Positions 1-12,900 of a DNA stretch of 64,000 nt are shown in pieces. Under the pieces are notes generated by a model. It searched no databases and had not been told where the DNA came from. It saw only the letters and a program-made list of their open reading frames with translations. The DNA is from a virus (taxonomy: Duplodnaviria > Caudoviricetes). How positions within the stretch are numbered: the first letter of the stretch is position 1; each line of letters opens with the position of its first letter. Location of the stretch: positions 1-64,000 of the IMG/VR virus record IMGVR_UViG_3300042275_000095; one strand, 5' to 3'. The translations under genes and the position numbers were made by a program.

Positions 1-2265
1 GATATATCAAATTATGATGGTGAAATGGCATATAATTTTGGACTTATTACAGGAAGTACTGCTAAATACGATGCTACTAATAAAGTAATGTATATACAAT
101 ATGATGAACATTCATATGGTACAATTGGTAATGGATTAGCTAAAGTATCTGAAATAAATAATGCTAAAGCTCAAGCTATTTATTCTATAATATCACATGA
201 CCATGATGCAATAGCTTACTTTAAATCAATGGCTGATTTATTAACTGCGGATGGAACTCCTACTAAAGCTAGCGATTTAATGATAGAAGCTTCTAGGACT
301 AAAGATTGGGAAACCATATTTAAAAGTAATTTATATTACAGTAATGTAAAAGAACAATTACAAAATGCTCCTACTAGTCAATTAGATATTGAAGATGTGC
401 CAACTTCAACTATTAAAGATGATTCTATATTTACAACAACAGTTGTAGAAGGTGGACATGGGTATGATGATAGTGGAAGTAGCAACTCTAGAAAAGTTGA
501 TAAAAACTTAAGACTTGGTATATCAAATACTTTAAGAGATACAAATGCTAAATTATATGATGCTGAATTATTATATACTCAATATCAAGATGAAGTATTA
601 TTAGCACAAGAAGAATATACAAACAATCCAACACCAGAAACTAGAAATAAATTAGAAACAGCTAAACGTAATTTTGATAGTTCAAGTAAAATATTACAAA
701 CATTAACTGAACAACGTGAGCACAATCTTAATTTCTTAAGATCTGCAATTTCAACTGTTAGAGCTGAAAATGGATTAACACCATCTAATGAAATATTAAC
801 ATATGATGAATTTAAAACAGCATTGGAAAAGGACTCAAATGCTACAATATATGATATTAATAAATATACTGATAGTGAATCAACAACTTCTAAATTCTAT
901 GCACATCCTAAGAGATATAAAGAATTAAATAGTGACTTGCCTGAGTACATTGCACAAGAAACATTTAGATTAATAAATGAAGAAGGTGTTAGTACATCTA
1001 AAGGTTTATTACAAGGTATAGGTCAAAGTTTAGGAATTAAAATGCAATCAAGTGATGATGAAAATGCAATGATTCAAGCTATTACATATCGTGTATTTAA
1101 AGGAGCAGGTTTTAGTGATGAAGATGCATTAAAGTATTCTAAACCTAGTATTAAAGATGGTTTAAGCAATAGGTCAGGTGTATATCACTTTTTAAAACAA
1201 TTTGATAATGTACAAAAAGCAGCTAATAATATATTTGATTATTTTAAAGATGTAGAATTTACTATACCTTACGATGTAGTAATGGAAAGTGAAGACAAAA
1301 ACGCTCCTGAGAATGCAATGAATAATTATGTAAGTAGTATAATACAAGGAGCTACATTATACGATCAATATGGTGAAGTTGTAAGTCCTGATGGTTCATC
1401 TCATGCTAGATTTATAAATAAAATCAAAAATATGGAAAATGTAACAGGAAGTGCTACTATGACAATTTTAAATGGAATGTATGGTATTCAAATTAGAGGG
1501 GAGACTGCATTAGAAAGTACATCTATGAAAAATCCTATGGTAGAACGTGAATCAACTATTGCATTTTTAGATAATAAATCATCAATTCAATTACTAACTA
1601 AAAATATTAACAATGTAAAACTTGCAAATTCAAAGAATAAGGAATTAGAAGGTTCTTTATTACCATCAGGTTTAACTATGACACAAGAAAAACAATTTGC
1701 AGAAGATGAGGCAATGTTATCTAAATCATATGATGGAATTTATTTATCAACTATATCAAGCGTATTAGATAGAGCAGGTGATAAATTCTTAGCTAGTACA
1801 GGTGGAAAATCTGAAACCTTTGACCATACATTTGATATAGGTGAAAATCCTAAAGTTAGTTATAATATGCCAGGAACTATTAAATTTGAGTACATTAACA
1901 ATACTGGTGAAAATGAATATGCTCAATTTGATTATTTAAAACGATCTGGTAAAATTGCAATGCAAGTAACTTATCCAACTGAAATAAATGGTACATATAG
2001 AAATGTCAATAGGTATGTTTATGCATTAGGTGCAGATGTTACATTTGAACAATTAAATAATATAACAATGAGTAATATACCACAATTACAGGATTTAGAA
2101 AAAGAAGGATACACTAATTATGACATAGTTCCTACACCTAGTGGTATATTGGTATTACTATATGAATCTACTTATAGTGGTAATGTATTAGAAGATTTTG
2201 ATAATGGAGTTGATGCAATGGTAGCAACACATTATTTAGCTAAAGGTATGGAAACATCTAAATAA
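1..2265 (+). CDS. Large virion/ejection (cargo) protein, 5'-truncated
   Basis: The frame is open from base 1 (GAT ATA TCA AAT TAT GAT GGT GAA ATG), so the true start probably lies upstream. It sits in the large-gene block before the virion RNAP, as in crAss-like phages, and has a coiled-coil segment. Confidence 0.6.
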   Translation, partial: DISNYDGEMAYNFGLITGSTAKYDATNKVMYIQYDEHSYGTIGNGLAKVSEINNAKAQAIYSIISHDHDAIAYFKSMADLLTADGTPTKASDLMIEASRTKDWETIFKSNLYYSNVKEQLQNAPTSQLDIEDVPTSTIKDDSIFTTTVVEGGHGYDDSGSSNSRKVDKNLRLGISNTLRDTNAKLYDAELLYTQYQDEVLLAQEEYTNNPTPETRNKLETAKRNFDSSSKILQTLTEQREHNLNFLRSAISTVRAENGLTPSNEILTYDEFKTALEKDSNATIYDINKYTDSESTTSKFYAHPKRYKELNSDLPEYIAQETFRLINEEGVSTSKGLLQGIGQSLGIKMQSSDDENAMIQAITYRVFKGAGFSDEDALKYSKPSIKDGLSNRSGVYHFLKQFDNVQKAANNIFDYFKDVEFTIPYDVVMESEDKNAPENAMNNYVSSIIQGATLYDQYGEVVSPDGSSHARFINKIKNMENVTGSATMTILNGMYGIQIRGETALESTSMKNPMVERESTIAFLDNKSSIQLLTKNINNVKLANSKNKELEGSLLPSGLTMTQEKQFAEDEAMLSKSYDGIYLSTISSVLDRAGDKFLASTGGKSETFDHTFDIGENPKVSYNMPGTIKFEYINNTGENEYAQFDYLKRSGKIAMQVTYPTEINGTYRNVNRYVYALGADVTFEQLNNITMSNIPQLQDLEKEGYTNYDIVPTPSGILVLLYESTYSGNVLEDFDNGVDAMVATHYLAKGMETSK

Positions 2266-2275
2266 CTAATAGATT

Positions 2276-5200
2276 ATGAAACTAAGTACTAATAATTCTC
2301 AACCATCAGTATTAAATACAGATTCTCTTATAGGTAAAACAATGAGAGGGTTGCCAAAAATAGGTCAACAAGGATCTTCATATATACATTCTGAAAGTAA
2401 TCAAGGTCAGAGATATGATAATCATTTTAAATATATAAAAGGAGATATAGATCTAAATTCTGATTTAGATGAATTAAGAGCAAGAGGTCAAAGTGCAGGA
2501 GAGCAATGGTTACATGGAACTGGTAAATTTGGAGTACGAGCTTTAGGTTCATTTATAGGTACTCTGGTATCACCATTAGATATGATAGCTTCTTTAGAAC
2601 AAACAGGTGAGATATATAATGGCCCGATTGGAACGTTCTTTGATAATATGTATGAGAAGGCTGAAGAGTGGATGCCTAACTATTATACTCAAGATGAAAT
2701 TGATAATACTAGAGTGTTTACTGCAAACTTCTTAGCTGATAAAGCATTGAAGAATGCAGGATTCACAGTAGGTACTATTAGTGCAATGTTAGCTACAGCA
2801 GGTCTATCAGCAGGTTTAATAGGTAAAGGAATGAGAATGTTTGGTAGGGCTAATAAACAAATTAGTCAACTATCAAGTAAAGTTGCAATGGCTAATGCTA
2901 GTGGTTATGTAGATGATGCTGCTAAAATAGCATTAGAAGTAGAAAATGCAGGTAAATTAACTTCTCAAAGTTTAACTAAATTAAATCAAATAGCAAATGC
3001 TAGAACTTTAAATAAGTTAAATAAAGGATATCAAATGGCAACAGCTACATTATTTGAAGCTAGTGCTGAAACAAGAGAAGGATTAAAAAATATAGATAAA
3101 GGGTTACAAGCTATAGGTATTATGCCCGGTACTCCTGAGTATGAAAAACGTATGGATGAAGCAGGTAGAGAAATATTTAATACCAACTTAGCTATTCTAT
3201 CACTATCTAATGCTGTAATGTATAGTCAACTATTGAATAGGGCATCTATGAGAGCATTAAGAGGTCGTAAACTTCTTACAAACAATGCACGTTTAATGTC
3301 AAAAGAATCAGTAGATGCTATAGCTAAAAGTGGATTAAGAAACCCAGGATTGAATATTGAATTACCAATGTTAAAAGTTGGTAAAATAGGTATGAAATCA
3401 GATAAAGTGCTAGGTGCTGAAAAGATATTAAATAAAGGAGTTAATGTAGGTAAGAATCTTATAACTGAAGGTTTTTATGAAGAAGGAGGTCAGTTTGCAG
3501 CACATCAAGCAGCTGAGCAAAAAGCATTATTAGATAATCCATCATTTGATAACTTTGTAAATAACCTTGAAAATGTATGGACTAATTTAGGAATGTACAA
3601 AGAAGGTAGAGAATCTGTTATATTAGGTGGCATGACTGGTGGTATGGTAAGTATGATATCAGGTCTTAAAGGTACTATTACAGGTGAGGATCAAAAAACT
3701 GAAAGAAGAGAGCGTGAAACTGCATTGAATTACCTCAACCGTTTACATACAATGTTTGATACAAGTGATCAATCAGATGAAGCTAAACAGATGAGAAACT
3801 TTTTAAGTTACTATGGTAGTAAATTTGAAAATGGTAAATTAATGTACGATTCTCTTAAATTATCAAGTGATGCATTAGAACAAATAGAGAATTATGCTAC
3901 TACCTTTGTTGAAATGTCAATGGAAGATGCCAGTAAAGCTGAAAAGGAAGTTGCTATTACTAATTTAGTTAATTCATTTTCTAGTACTAGAGTTGCTCAA
4001 ATGAATAATCTAGTTGATATGGCTGAGAGTTTTTCAATGGTTGAATCAATGGATGTTCTGTATGATAATATAGATGCGATGTTACAAATGCCAGATGAAC
4101 AATTCTCATCTTTAATAGGCTTACCTTCTGGTCAAACAGTATCTCAAAGTGATAAAATAGAAATAATAAATGATTTAAAAGAACATGTACAAAAAGCTGA
4201 AATAATAAATGACCAATTGAATAACGTACGTGAGAGCTTACATCCTGATGCATTATATGAACAAGATGAAGAGGGAAATATAACATCTAATTTATTATAT
4301 AAACTTAAACAATCATTATCTACTATTGCAGCATATGATTTAGAATATGAAGATTTAATACAAGATTTTGATGCTGTTATGCAATCCCCTGATGAAAATG
4401 GAATTAGCATATCATTTAGTAATGTCAAAGCTGAAGCTGATTTAAATAATATTTCTATATATGAAGCTTACAATAACATTAAAGATAAACTGGAACGTGA
4501 AAAAAACAATGAAACTTTAAATAGTGAAAATCCAAAAGACTCTACTATAGAAGTAGAAAAGTTTGATAGTAGACATCGTAAAGGATCTTTAATATTAAAA
4601 GCTATACAAGATGTAACAAATGCAACAAAGAAAGCTGCAAATGCTAAATTAGAATTAGAAGTATCATTATTAGATAATAAAGATAGAATTGCAGAAAATC
4701 AAAGAATTAAACGTGAAACAGTAAATAAGTATATTGATAGACATTTAAATGCAGCTAGAAGTGTAGAAGAATTAAATGCTATTGAAAACCATTTAAGAGC
4801 ATTTAATGCAAATCCGGCTTTATATAAAAATAAATTAGAAGCTAGACGTAAGAAAGTAGAGACGTTACAAGAAATGAAAGAGCGATATGCAAAAATGGAG
4901 AAAGACGACTCTAATGAACGTAATAAGCAAGAACGTACTGAACTAAGTAATAATATAAACAGAATAGATAAAAAATTAGCATCTGGTAATTTAGAAACCT
5001 TTGAATTAGGATATTTAGATAATTTATTTAAAGCTAGAAATAAAGTTGATTTCTCAAAAACACCTGTTAATGAAGATGATGAACCTAAAAAGAATAAAAT
5101 AAAAGATTTATTTGGTAAGAAAAAAGATAATAAATCTAAAGATGAATCTAAAAATAAATCTAAAGATGAATCTAAGGATGAGAAAAAAGATAAAGATTCT

Positions 5201-5620
5201 AAAGATGAGAACAAAGATGATTTACCTAAAACAAGTGATGATGTAAAAGTTGTAGAACCTAATGACCAAACTAAAAATGCATTTAAAAGCGTATTAGATG
5301 GATTTACAGCTAGTACAGATGCAATGGCTAACTTAGAGAATCTAAGATATGAAGATGATAAAACAGGTGAGATATGTGACCCAGGTACTGGAAAGCCTAT
5401 AACAAAAGCAGCTAATGGATTAGCTACTCCATTTACACTAGGTGGAACATGGGGAATAATTAAAACGTTTAAAGGTAAATCACATGCACATGGTGGTATA
5501 GACATAGCAATAGGAGACGGTAAGATATCAATGACAGGCAAAGATAGTAATATAAAAGCTGCAAATGGAATATTGATTACCGCTAGAGATTATATTAAAA
5601 ATGCTAATGATAATTATTAA
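2276..5620 (+). CDS. Large virion ejection/cargo protein with hydrophobic Gly/Ala-rich helices and coiled coils
   Basis: 1114 aa with putative membrane-inserting segments (AGFTVGTISAMLATAGLSAGLIG; ILGGMTGGMVSMISG), an EG..EEGGQ motif typical of ejection proteins, a K/D/E-rich tail and a C-terminal GKSHAHGGIDI motif. Confidence 0.65.
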   Translation: MKLSTNNSQPSVLNTDSLIGKTMRGLPKIGQQGSSYIHSESNQGQRYDNHFKYIKGDIDLNSDLDELRARGQSAGEQWLHGTGKFGVRALGSFIGTLVSPLDMIASLEQTGEIYNGPIGTFFDNMYEKAEEWMPNYYTQDEIDNTRVFTANFLADKALKNAGFTVGTISAMLATAGLSAGLIGKGMRMFGRANKQISQLSSKVAMANASGYVDDAAKIALEVENAGKLTSQSLTKLNQIANARTLNKLNKGYQMATATLFEASAETREGLKNIDKGLQAIGIMPGTPEYEKRMDEAGREIFNTNLAILSLSNAVMYSQLLNRASMRALRGRKLLTNNARLMSKESVDAIAKSGLRNPGLNIELPMLKVGKIGMKSDKVLGAEKILNKGVNVGKNLITEGFYEEGGQFAAHQAAEQKALLDNPSFDNFVNNLENVWTNLGMYKEGRESVILGGMTGGMVSMISGLKGTITGEDQKTERRERETALNYLNRLHTMFDTSDQSDEAKQMRNFLSYYGSKFENGKLMYDSLKLSSDALEQIENYATTFVEMSMEDASKAEKEVAITNLVNSFSSTRVAQMNNLVDMAESFSMVESMDVLYDNIDAMLQMPDEQFSSLIGLPSGQTVSQSDKIEIINDLKEHVQKAEIINDQLNNVRESLHPDALYEQDEEGNITSNLLYKLKQSLSTIAAYDLEYEDLIQDFDAVMQSPDENGISISFSNVKAEADLNNISIYEAYNNIKDKLEREKNNETLNSENPKDSTIEVEKFDSRHRKGSLILKAIQDVTNATKKAANAKLELEVSLLDNKDRIAENQRIKRETVNKYIDRHLNAARSVEELNAIENHLRAFNANPALYKNKLEARRKKVETLQEMKERYAKMEKDDSNERNKQERTELSNNINRIDKKLASGNLETFELGYLDNLFKARNKVDFSKTPVNEDDEPKKNKIKDLFGKKKDNKSKDESKNKSKDESKDEKKDKDSKDENKDDLPKTSDDVKVVEPNDQTKNAFKSVLDGFTASTDAMANLENLRYEDDKTGEICDPGTGKPITKAANGLATPFTLGGTWGIIKTFKGKSHAHGGIDIAIGDGKISMTGKDSNIKAANGILITARDYIKNANDNY
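5129..5220 (+). repeat. In-frame imperfect 12/24-bp tandem repeat (KSKDESKN / KDE)
   Basis: aaatctaaagatgaatctaaaaataaatctaaagatgaatctaaggatgag... Confidence 0.8.
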
Positions 5621-5632
5621 ATATTATATAAT

Positions 5633-6988
5633 ATGACTAAACAGAGAGTAGAAGTAGAAGGTGGTGAATTAGCTATTAGAAACTCACATGGTGATATAGC
5701 AATAATTCCAAAATACGATAGAGATAAGGTACAAAAAATGATAGATGCGGGTTGTAATACCTGCATTGATCGTTATGTAGCTAAACTTCCTAGGATGAAC
5801 AACTATGCAGCAGATGGTACATTTATTGAAAATGATAAACCTAATAATCCACCAATATCTAATAAATCTAAACGTAATAAAATAGTAGTATTTGCTGAGA
5901 GTAAAGTTACTGACTATACTATACCTCAAATGTTAAGTAATTTTTATATAAATCAATCAGATGTTGAAAAAGCATACAATGATATAAAAAATTTAAGTGA
6001 TGATAAAAAAGAAATATTAAAAGGTTTAATAGACAAACGAAATAAAGCTATACGAACAAATATTGAATTAGAAAAACGAATTAAAGAATTTGATGAATTG
6101 TATCAAAATGCATATGATATTGTAGATAAATATAATTTATATGAGTTAGAAGAATTTTCAGAGATAGACCCTTACGCTTTGATGACTAACAATGTAAACA
6201 TAGAAGATGAACTATCTAAAATACAAAATGGTATTATTAAAGATAAAATATCATTATACTATAATGAAATATCGCCAGTATTAACTAAACTGTCAGAGTT
6301 AAATAATGTAATTGAAACTTACAATGAAAAGATAACTGATTATAATGACAGTGTTATAAACTTTGATAAGAGTTTATCAAAGGATGAAATTCAAAACACT
6401 ATGTATTCATATGAAGATGATTCTTTTCAACAAGAGGCAAGTAAATTAAAAAGATATTATAAAGGGGATAAAGATATAGAAATAGTTCCATTATATAATG
6501 ATATTAATAAATTTGATAGTATTGTAAGCTCATTAAATAAAGATGATAAAGTTATAATAATGGGACACAGTGGTAGGAAATTAATGGGAATTGATAATTC
6601 GGTACTTGGAGAATCTTTAAGTAATTGCAATGCTAATGATTTATATTTAGGTACATGTAATGGAGATAAAAGATATGAGCAATTTAAAGATTCCAATATG
6701 AATATAAAATATAGACCTCATTCTTCATGGTTAGGAATAAATCCTACAGGTAATACATTAGATGAATTAATGTTTGGTAATTTAAATGAGGAAGTAACTA
6801 ATGATATAGAATTAGGCAAACATTATGACCAGTATCTAAAAGCTGGATTTAACGAAGTAGCACCTAAAAAAGATGAAATTGAAAATGATAAACCTATAAT
6901 TGGACCAACAATATTAAATGAAAATGTGAATGTAAATAGGTTTAATAATTATATTGATGAATTAAATAAATTACAAACAATTAATTAA
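5633..6988 (+). CDS. Virion-associated protein with a putative clan CD (caspase/CHAT-like) cysteine peptidase domain
   Basis: N-terminal VEVEGGE motif. Strand-helix pattern IVVFAE ... FQQEASKLKRYY-IEIVPL ... VIIMGHSG (His312) ... LYLGTC (Cys342). Confidence 0.55.
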   Translation: MTKQRVEVEGGELAIRNSHGDIAIIPKYDRDKVQKMIDAGCNTCIDRYVAKLPRMNNYAADGTFIENDKPNNPPISNKSKRNKIVVFAESKVTDYTIPQMLSNFYINQSDVEKAYNDIKNLSDDKKEILKGLIDKRNKAIRTNIELEKRIKEFDELYQNAYDIVDKYNLYELEEFSEIDPYALMTNNVNIEDELSKIQNGIIKDKISLYYNEISPVLTKLSELNNVIETYNEKITDYNDSVINFDKSLSKDEIQNTMYSYEDDSFQQEASKLKRYYKGDKDIEIVPLYNDINKFDSIVSSLNKDDKVIIMGHSGRKLMGIDNSVLGESLSNCNANDLYLGTCNGDKRYEQFKDSNMNIKYRPHSSWLGINPTGNTLDELMFGNLNEEVTNDIELGKHYDQYLKAGFNEVAPKKDEIENDKPIIGPTILNENVNVNRFNNYIDELNKLQTIN

Positions 6989-6998
6989 TATATAAATT

Positions 6999-9900
6999 AT
7001 GGCATGTGTATATGTATATACCGATAGTAACGGTAAAACTCGTAAGTACAAAACAATAAATGATTTTATTAACAATCATCACTCTGAAATATGGAATGAG
7101 TTTGTAGATTATATGTCTAATCGTAATAATATAGCTGCTGATTCTGATATATGGTATGGTAAAGAGATGTTGGATTCATTTAAAAACTATGTATATAATG
7201 AGTTTAAGCGTGATGTACCTAGAGAAGATAATACAATATCAGAAGAAACTCAAGAGTTCATAAATAGAGCAACTGATATAGAACATACTCTTACTACATT
7301 AGAAACTTTAGCAATTGAAGGTCATTTATATAATGAGGAAGTGATTGAAATGTTAAAAGCTAAAGTGGAAAACGCATTTAATGAATTAGGTAGTAGAGAA
7401 ACATCTATGTTCACAGAAGAAGGAATGTATAAAGCTGAGAACATTATAAACTCTATAGCAAATGAATTAATAAAAATTAGAAATAGTCAAGCCAGTGAAG
7501 AAAGCTATGATGCTGTAGTACACGATGCTGAAATAATGCGTGATAACTTAGACTTCACGAATTCACTTGACCTAAGTTCTACATTTACAGAAGTAGAACA
7601 ATTAAACAATGACCTACGTGAAGATAAACAAGAAAGTGCAAATGCTGTAAGTGCTTTACAATTTGAAACTAATGAAGGAAATAGCATTGGAGATAAAGTA
7701 AAGAGAGCATCTGAAAAAGGATTTATTGACATTGAAGATGTATTCACAGAGGAGCAATTAGAACAATTTAATAAAATACTTAATCTTAAAGAAGGTGACA
7801 AACTAACAGCTGAGATTGATAAAAGCAATCCTAGATATGAACAAAATAAAGCAAACTTTAATAATGTACCTATTGTATTAAAACGTAATGGTATAAAAGT
7901 AGCATACTTGAATGAAATAAGTGTTTCAGATTTAAATAATAACAGTTATTCTGCAAGTACATTTTCATTACGTAATCGAGTATTCTACAATTCAAATGGA
8001 AAAGCTATAAATTTAAAAATTAAATCTATAGGTAATACCAATACTAATATATGGGCACCTAGACAATACACAGGTGATGCTATAGGTGCTAATAATACTA
8101 AATTAGGTAATGCTATAAAGAAACTTAGAGGTAAAGAAGCTAAAGATTCAATAGGTGGATTTAAAATAGCTAGGGTATCTAAAGATAAAAACAATAAGAA
8201 ACAGTTAGTAAACGTTAAAACAGGACAACCTGTACATAACAGAGTAAAAGATAGAACTAATAAATTCTATGTAGAATTAAAAACTATAGGTGATAACTCT
8301 GTATGGTTTCCATTAAACAATGCAACTGTATCTGAAACCAGTCAAGGTAACGATAACTTTAGTAAATATCTAACTACCGAAGTTGCACATCGTATGTTGG
8401 AATATATAAAAGCAATAAAAGAATATCATACTTATTTAGAGTATAAAAGAAAAGCTGATTTAAATCAAGATGTTAAAGTAATTAGAAATGGTAAAGAGGT
8501 TGCGTTTACTGATGCTCAAATACAAAAAGGTTTAATTGATAGTAAAAATGAATTAGATAGTAGAGAAGATAAACTACATGAATTAATATCTATTGGTAAA
8601 TTTGATAACAAATCATATTTTAATTATGAACGTAACATAAAAGATATAAGACTTAAAGCTCTCAATAGTAATTCTGTAATAATGGAAGATGGATTTCAGG
8701 AAACACTTGAAATAATACCAAGAATTAATGGTGAGCCGCTTACAATGTATTTCTTAGGTAATAAACATCAAATAGATGATTTAGATTCATCAGAGTTTTA
8801 TGATTTATTACATAGTGTTGCAAAAGGTATGACCCGAAACATTCAAATTGAAGCTACAGGTGTTATACAAAATGTTGAAAACTTCACAGTAACATTAAGA
8901 AATAAAAAAGGTGATGTTAAATACAAAAAAGAATTTAAAAATTATATTGATTATGTATTAAAAACCGATGCCTTACTTACAGATGTAGGTGCTATAACAA
9001 AAAATGGCAAACCTATATCAAATTTAAACATGGCAGCAAGTGCATTATTTACATTAGAAGTTGAAACAACTACATCTACTAAGTCTAAACTTAATGAAGA
9101 ATTAAAAAATGCATCTAATATAGAAATGACAGTAGAAGAATTTGTTAATAAGTTTGTACAAGATTTAGAAATAGCAAGTTCTTTAAAAGAAGTAATGAAT
9201 AACTTTAAACGTACAGGAGTAAAGATAGCAAAAGGTGCCATATCAGCTAAAGATGTAATTGAAAGTGAGTTTAAAGGTAATTACATAAAAGATGCTAAAT
9301 TACTTAAGAGATTTAAAGAGCTTAAAAAGTTAGGTTCTAAACGTACCAATTCTCAAAATAAAGAATATAATGCATTAAAAGAAACTAATGAAACAGATAA
9401 ACAAGATAGGATAAATAATACTAGAGTTCAATTCCTATTTAATGCTAAGACTAATACTATACATTTTACAACATATGCTATTAGTAGATTGAAAGATGCA
9501 GAGGTAGCATATAATAATGGTGATATAGATACAGCTAATTTCATAATAGATACTGTAAGATGGGGGGCAATACATGAATTAGTTCATCCACTATTAAGAG
9601 TATCTTTTTCCCCTGATATGGGGGTTGGAAAAGCAACCACTAACAAAGAGAAATATGCTAAGTTTTCAGATGACGCATTGGAAATAGTAAATCAAATATT
9701 AAATAAGTATTCAACCTTACGTAACACTTTAATAGAACGTGGACATCTAACAGATAATGAAGTAGCAAAATTAGATGCGTGGAAAACTAAAATATTAGAA
9801 GGTGCAGTATTACCTAATTTAATACAATTAAAAAATACAGGTGTTCTAAACTACAACATTGAGGAATTATTTACTTATGCTTTCACAGATAAAACTATTA

Positions 9901-12900
9901 GTACATTCCTTAATGATATGTATTTTGATGGTGATATTGACAATACTACCAAATCTATATTTCAAAAGCTAGTAGATTTACTTTTAAATTTATTAGGAAT
10001 TACTATAAATGAAGGTAGCCAATTAGCTAAAATACGTGATTTATTAGGTGAACATTACAATAGTAATAAATTCTGGGAAACAATAAAAGATTCTGAAAAA
10101 CAAATATCAGATGAGAAAAGTGAGATATCAGATGAGAAAAGTGAGATATCAGATAAGAATGATAGTGAGAACTCTAAGACTCCCACTGGGGAAGAAAGAA
10201 GCATATCAATTGGAGAGAAACAGTTAAGTAATATAGTAACAATTATTAATAAATTAAAACTAAAAGATAGTAAAACTGATTTCTCAGATATTGAAAATGA
10301 AAGCGTTGCTGAAGTATTTAGATTTTTATACAGTTTACGTAACTTATCTGAAAGTAATATTAATGAGTATATTAAAGGTGCTGATACAGCATTAGATGCT
10401 TATGCTGTTCAAAGTGCATTACAATTAATATTGGGATTACCAATAGGCAGACCTAATGATAATTTAGAAGGTTTATTTGCACATTACTCATTACTAGACG
10501 ATGGAGCATTCTTTGCACCTAATACTATACTATATAATTTATCATCGGTTACTCCAGAGTTTAACGATAAAGGTGAAGTTAGTATAGAAGCTGTAACTCA
10601 ATTACGTGAGTATTTTAAAGAGATAAAAGAAGATTTAGAATTAAATGATATAGTTGAAGGTGATGTAGTACATTCAACTGACTTAAATAATGAAAATGAT
10701 AATAATAAAGTATATCCATTTAATTTAGATGAAGTAGCTAGACACTTATTAAATACAACTGGTAAATTTGAAAATGAATCTGTACAAGATGGCAGTGATG
10801 CTTATACAATGATACATGATTTTAATAGACAATTACGTGAAGTTGGATTACCTGAAGTATTTAAATTAACTAAGATTGAAAATACTATTGATAGGTTACG
10901 CTTAACAATTGACAAAGAAGGATTAGCTTTTATAAATGATGTAATTAACAATACTACATATACTAAGATAACAAGTTTAATACTTAATCGTACATACTCA
11001 AAAGATGGTATTTATTTAAATGGTGTTTTTGATATAGATAGAATTTCAAAAGATAAAAGTTTATCATTATTTTCAAATACTAGAAGTAATGTTAAAGCAT
11101 CTTTATTGGGATATATGGTTAATAAAGCTATATCTGATGCTTTAACTTGGATGTCATCATATGACAATGCAGCTGATGATACTGATGCATTTGAATTATT
11201 AGATGAAAATAAAGGTATTGATTCTACTGTAGCTAATTACTTTGGTGGTGTTAAGAATGTAATTAAATTATTTAATACTAGAGTAACAAGTATAAAGACA
11301 GAAGAAGGTAAAGATATGGCACTTATAAGTGCTTTACCTATCTTAAAAGCTAGGACTATGGCTGTCAAAGTTGGTAAAGGTAGTAAGAAACGTGAAATAC
11401 ATATACCAACTGATAAATTTAATACCACTGGTTTCACTGATGATGCTTTACAAGATATAGCTAACAGTTTAGTTTATTTCTTTGGACGTAGTAGACGTGA
11501 TTTTGTATTACTACTTAATAAACTGTTTGATGATAAAGGTATATTAAGTGATAAAATTAAGGTGCGTAAACAAGTTATAAAAAGTTTAAATAGTATACGC
11601 AACTTGTACAAATCAATGAATGAAAATAATCAATATGATAACTATATTGAGAATTTAACTACTATAATAGATGATTTAAAATTTAGAGATAGTGAGATAT
11701 GGACTAGGTTTATTGCTTATTTAAGTAAAGAAGTTACCATAGCTGAAGAGAGCACTATGTCAATGGATGCTATAATTGATGAGACTATAGCAGGTAGAAA
11801 TACTATGTGGGGTAAAGCAAGGACGCAGCATAAACAAACTGTATCTTCTAATATAAAACATTTATTGTGGGGTAATTTAAACATTCGTAATTCAGAAGAT
11901 GCTTTATCTCATATGAGAGAGCTAACAAGTGATACATCAAGTCTTACTCAATTAGAATATTTGATTAAAAATGATAAAGTTGAAGTATCGTCTATAACAG
12001 GTTTACCTGTTACTATAAAGGCATCTGAAGTTAAAGATATGTTAGTTACTGCTACATCAGGCTCTATAAATAAAAGTGATTTTATAAATAGATTAGAAGA
12101 AGTAACAGCTATACAGCCTGCATTATATCCAATAGTTGAAGCTGTTACCACTAATGGTAATGAAGCATTACTTAGAAAGTTATATACAGCTGTTAAATTA
12201 CAATCTGCATTGTATGTAGTACCTAGTATTAAATCTATATATGGAAGTACAGGTAAAGCTCTAAGATTTAATGTAGCAAATATTGAAGTTAATCCTGCTA
12301 TGGCAATAGCTTCAAATATAAATAATCATTTAACTAATAGAGCTAGATATTTAGAAGTAAAAGCATTAGATAAATTCATTGAAGAATTAAAAGCTGCTAA
12401 AATAGGATTGCATTCTAATAGAACAAAGACAGATGCTATAGTTGCAGCAATGATGCTAATGTTAAAAGATAAATATAAATTTACAATACGTAAAGCTATA
12501 ACTAAAGCAATACGTAAAGATAAATCATTTGTAAGTAATTTTGAAGGTTTGTTAGATTCTTACATTACTAGTTTATCATATGTATCTTATGATAAAGATG
12601 CTAAAAGAGAACTTAATAAACATGACCCTTCAAGTAAAAAAGATGTTGAGGTAAGTGAATTTAAATTATATCATAAAGGTATTAAAGTATTTAAAGTATT
12701 TAATGATATAGCTTATTACTTCCCACTTGATTCTTTTTATACAACTGTTGATTTAACTACAGCTTATTCACATCAATTACCAAACTATTTAACTGAAACT
12801 ATTGATGTAATGAATAATGAAGAAGGATTATTAGAACTTGGTGAAAAATGGTATAATGATCCTGCAATGCGATACAATAGATTATTTAATACATTATTCA

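Noticed and set aside
9610-9640. Further copy of the 24-bp motif (CCCCTGATATGGGGG); similar partial hits near 39617 and 40412
   Set aside because: The spacing is wrong and the purine run or GAWG tail is missing.
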